A stretch of DNA of 64,000 nucleotides from Candidatus Bathyarchaeota archaeon (GTDB lineage: Archaea > Thermoproteota > Bathyarchaeia > Bathyarchaeales > Bathycorpusculaceae). Below, in pieces: positions 61,151 through 64,000 of this stretch. Location of the stretch: assembly GCA_963833575.1 (NCBI GenBank), contig CAWHXY010000008.1:64001-128000 (forward strand). Reading direction: 5' to 3'. Made by a program: the position numbers and the translations under genes. Each line of letters starts with the position of its first letter. Within the stretch, counting starts at the first letter, position 1. The notes under the pieces were generated by a model. It did no database searches, was not told where the DNA came from, and saw only the letters and a list, made by a program, of their open reading frames with translations.

Positions 61151-62605
61151 ATGCATCAACGTATGCTTGTGAACTGTTGGAAGCATGACAAATGGGGAAT
61201 CGCCTTTGGCACACAAACAGCAACAACCAAACCAGCTGATCCCCTAAAAATCAAAAAAATCAAATTATCCCAACAACCCCTCGAAATATTCTCAAAACTC
61301 CAAAAACAATACCAAACAACCTACCTTCTAGAATCCATCGAAGGACCAGAAAAACTAGCCCAATATTCATTCATCGGCTTTGACCCAAGAACAACCATTC
61401 AATGCACGCATGGAAAAGTGGAAATTAGAAACACAAAAACTGGTGGTTGTTTTACCCAAACAACAAAGGATCCACTGCAACTTATTGAAAACCTCCTAAA
61501 AGACGATACCTTAACAGATAGCGAACTCCGGTTTGTTGGAGGTGCAGTCGGTTACATCTCTTATGATGCAGTGCGTTACTGGGAAAAGCTCCCAGAAAAA
61601 TCACCTGACGATCTGGGGTTCCCTGACTTGGAAATGGGCATATTTGACGATGGATTTATCTTCAATCACCTGCAAAAACAGGCTTTCTACTATTACCGAG
61701 GCGAAGACCGCCTACCTGAAGTCGAAAGCTTGCTAAAGCAAACCGTTGAAACGGAAGAATTAGCTTTCACTCAACCTAAAGTAAATACAAAAAAAGAAAG
61801 CTATGAACGAGCAGTTGAAAAAGCAAAAGAATACATCATCGCAGGAGACATCTTCCAAGTTGTGCTCTCTAAACGCTACCAACTAGAAATTGACGGCAGC
61901 CTAATTCCATTTTATCAAGCATTACGAAGAATTAACCCTTCACCCTACATGTATTTCTACAAGTCAGGCGACCGTCAAATTGTAGGTTCTAGCCCCGAGA
62001 TGCTTGTTCGAGTTGAAAACAGAATTGTTGAGACTTTCCCCATTGCCGGCACAAAACCCATTGCCGATGACCCAATAGAAAACAACAAATTAGCTTGTGA
62101 ACTGCTGACTGATCCCAAGGAATGCGCTGAGCACGTTATGCTTGTTGATTTAGCACGTAACGATGTTGGCAAAATTTCCAAGTATGGAAGCGTTCACGTA
62201 GCTGAATTCATGAAAGTCCACAAGTACAGTCATGTACAACATATTGTATCACAAGTAGTAGGCGAATTGAAAGAAAATCTTCAAAGTTATGATGCTTTGA
62301 GGGCTGTTTTTCCGGCTGGAACGGTTTCTGGAGCACCAAAAGTACGTGCAATGGAAATAATCGATGAACTTGAGCCAGCGAAGCGTGGACCTTATGCAGG
62401 AGCTGTAGGCTATTTCTCATACAACGGTAATGCCGACTTCGCCATAACTATCCGCACTCTGTTCGCTGACAAAAACCAAGCGTACATTCAAGCTGGCGCC
62501 GGAATCGTAGCTGATTCAATTCCGGAACGTGAGTGGTTTGAAACCGATCACAAAGCCAAAGCGTTGATGGAGGCTCTTGAAAGGTCACGAGGCGCTAAAG
62601 CATGA
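61151..62605 (+). CDS. trpE: Anthranilate synthase component I (start uncertain)
   Basis: LLES, GDIFQVVLS, NPSPYM, SSPEML, PIAGT, EHVMLVDLARND, PAGTVSGAPK. Confidence 0.95.
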   Translation: MHQRMLVNCWKHDKWGIAFGTQTATTKPADPLKIKKIKLSQQPLEIFSKLQKQYQTTYLLESIEGPEKLAQYSFIGFDPRTTIQCTHGKVEIRNTKTGGCFTQTTKDPLQLIENLLKDDTLTDSELRFVGGAVGYISYDAVRYWEKLPEKSPDDLGFPDLEMGIFDDGFIFNHLQKQAFYYYRGEDRLPEVESLLKQTVETEELAFTQPKVNTKKESYERAVEKAKEYIIAGDIFQVVLSKRYQLEIDGSLIPFYQALRRINPSPYMYFYKSGDRQIVGSSPEMLVRVENRIVETFPIAGTKPIADDPIENNKLACELLTDPKECAEHVMLVDLARNDVGKISKYGSVHVAEFMKVHKYSHVQHIVSQVVGELKENLQSYDALRAVFPAGTVSGAPKVRAMEIIDELEPAKRGPYAGAVGYFSYNGNADFAITIRTLFADKNQAYIQAGAGIVADSIPEREWFETDHKAKALMEALERSRGAKA

Positions 62606-63192
62606 AGGTACTTGTGATCGATAACTATGATTCATTCGTTTACAATCTTGTACAGTACATAGGTGAACTCGACGCAGAAGTCATAGTTTACCGCAATAAC
62701 GAGGTAACACTAAAACAGCTAAATGAGCTTAAACCAGATCGAATTGTAATTTCTCCAGGCCCCGGCAGACCTGAGGATGACCGGTATTTTGGCGTTTGCA
62801 CAAACATTCTGCAGAATATGAGCCAGACTATTCCAACTTTAGGAGTCTGCTTAGGTCACCAAGGCATAATCAATGCCTACGGCGGAAAAATTGTGCATGC
62901 AAAGCGGCTTTTGCACGGCAAAACCTGCACGATAAAACATGACCAAAAAGGAATATTTGATGGTGTTAGAAATCCTTTTACAGCGACAAGATATCATTCC
63001 CTTGCTGGTGAACGATGTTCTATTCCTTCATGCTTGGAAATTTCTGCAGAATGCATCGATGACGGCGAAATTATGGGGGTTAGACACATCAAATTCCCGA
63101 TTGACGGGGTGCAATTTCATCCTGAATCTATTCTCTGCGAAGATGGCAAACTAATAATTAAAAACTTCTTAGATAGGAAGCGATCGCCGTGA
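62602..63192 (+). CDS. trpG: Anthranilate synthase component II
   Basis: IDNYDSF, ISPGPG, GVCLGHQ, RYHSL, QFHPES. Confidence 0.96.
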   Translation: MKVLVIDNYDSFVYNLVQYIGELDAEVIVYRNNEVTLKQLNELKPDRIVISPGPGRPEDDRYFGVCTNILQNMSQTIPTLGVCLGHQGIINAYGGKIVHAKRLLHGKTCTIKHDQKGIFDGVRNPFTATRYHSLAGERCSIPSCLEISAECIDDGEIMGVRHIKFPIDGVQFHPESILCEDGKLIIKNFLDRKRSP

Positions 63193-64000
63193 TTAGGGAA
63201 GGCATACAGAAACTCATTGAAGGTTACAGCCTAACTAGTGGGGAATCAGGAGAAATAATGCGTGAGGTCATGTCGGGCAAAGCAACTAACTCGCAGACAG
63301 CGGCCTTTCTAACTGCATTGCGAATGAAGGGCGAAGCTGTTGAGGAACTCATCGCGTTCGCGTCCGTAATGCGAGAACACGGTAGCCAAATACATCCCCA
63401 TGTAGAAAACCGTTTAGTCGATACATGTGGAACAGGGGGAGATAAAATAAAAACTTTCAACGTGAGCACAACGGCTGCCTTTGTTATTGCAGGAGCTGGA
63501 GTTGCAGTTGCTAAACATGGAAATAGAGCGGTCACGAGTAAATGCGGAAGCGCCGACGTACTTGAAAGGCTCGGTCTTAACCTTAACTTGGAGCCAAAAG
63601 CAGTGGAGCGTATTATAGAAAAAGTTGGGGTGGGTTTTATGTTTGCTCCTGCTTTCAATCCAGCCATGAAGTATGCAGTTGAGCCGAGAAGTGAAATCGG
63701 CATTCGTACCGTATTCAATCTTCTTGGGCCGTTAACTAATCCGGCATGCGCTAATGCCCAATTACTCGGTGTCTACGACGCTAAACTGGTAACACCGATG
63801 GCTTATGCACTACAGCAGCTGGGATGTGAAGAAGCCATGGTTGTCCACGGAATAGACGGCTTAGACGAAGTATCAACTGTCGGCAACACAGCTATTGCAC
63901 ATTTAAGATCCGGAGAAGTCACAGAACTTGAAGTCTCTCCTGCTGATTTTGGAGTCAAAAGAGCCTGTGCCACCGATCTAAAAGTAGCGACGCTTGAAGA
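63189..64000 (+). CDS. trpD: Anthranilate phosphoribosyltransferase (truncated by window end)
   Basis: GTG overlapping the trpG stop; MIREGIQKL...DTCGTGGD...FNVST...KHGNRAVTSKCGSAD...RTVFNLLGPLTNP. Confidence 0.96.
   Translation, partial: MIREGIQKLIEGYSLTSGESGEIMREVMSGKATNSQTAAFLTALRMKGEAVEELIAFASVMREHGSQIHPHVENRLVDTCGTGGDKIKTFNVSTTAAFVIAGAGVAVAKHGNRAVTSKCGSADVLERLGLNLNLEPKAVERIIEKVGVGFMFAPAFNPAMKYAVEPRSEIGIRTVFNLLGPLTNPACANAQLLGVYDAKLVTPMAYALQQLGCEEAMVVHGIDGLDEVSTVGNTAIAHLRSGEVTELEVSPADFGVKRACATDLKVATLE

Noticed and set aside
63224-63718. 164-aa minus-strand ORF
   Set aside because: Antisense shadow of trpD

Overview
AT-rich archaeal DNA, most consistent with a TACK/Bathyarchaeia genome. 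This is inferred from the TFB paralogue, class III prepilins, TackOD1-like and DUF3227-like proteins, and the archaeal-type tRNA. All family assignments come from motif recognition by eye, not database searches. Left to right: (i) 1-16 kb, the end of a surface/glycosylation region (beta-helix protein, methyltransferase, Wzx flippase, Ig-repeat surface protein, PadR, MFS, PQQ-type propeller). (ii) 16.6-31.4 kb, an accessory block of nucleotide-signalling/defence-type genes: an orphan Pycsar-type membrane effector divergent from Nudix + RelA/SpoT synthetase-TPR-SLOG-RyR + DUF4062, then a giant secreted NHL/HExxH/RTX-like protein, a small secreted protein and a TPR-TIR protein. Degenerate direct repeats lie on both sides of this block. 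(iii) 32-51.5 kb, a type IV pilus locus with a divergent TFB paralogue, a 1417-aa pilin-like adhesin, a TackOD1-like zinc protein and a two-component pair. (iv) 52-64 kb, mostly housekeeping genes (TauE, TMEM175, histidine kinase, tRNA-Lys, trmO, cutA, trpEGD). The best candidate for an undescribed system is the alarmone-synthetase-centred cluster at 16637-21664.
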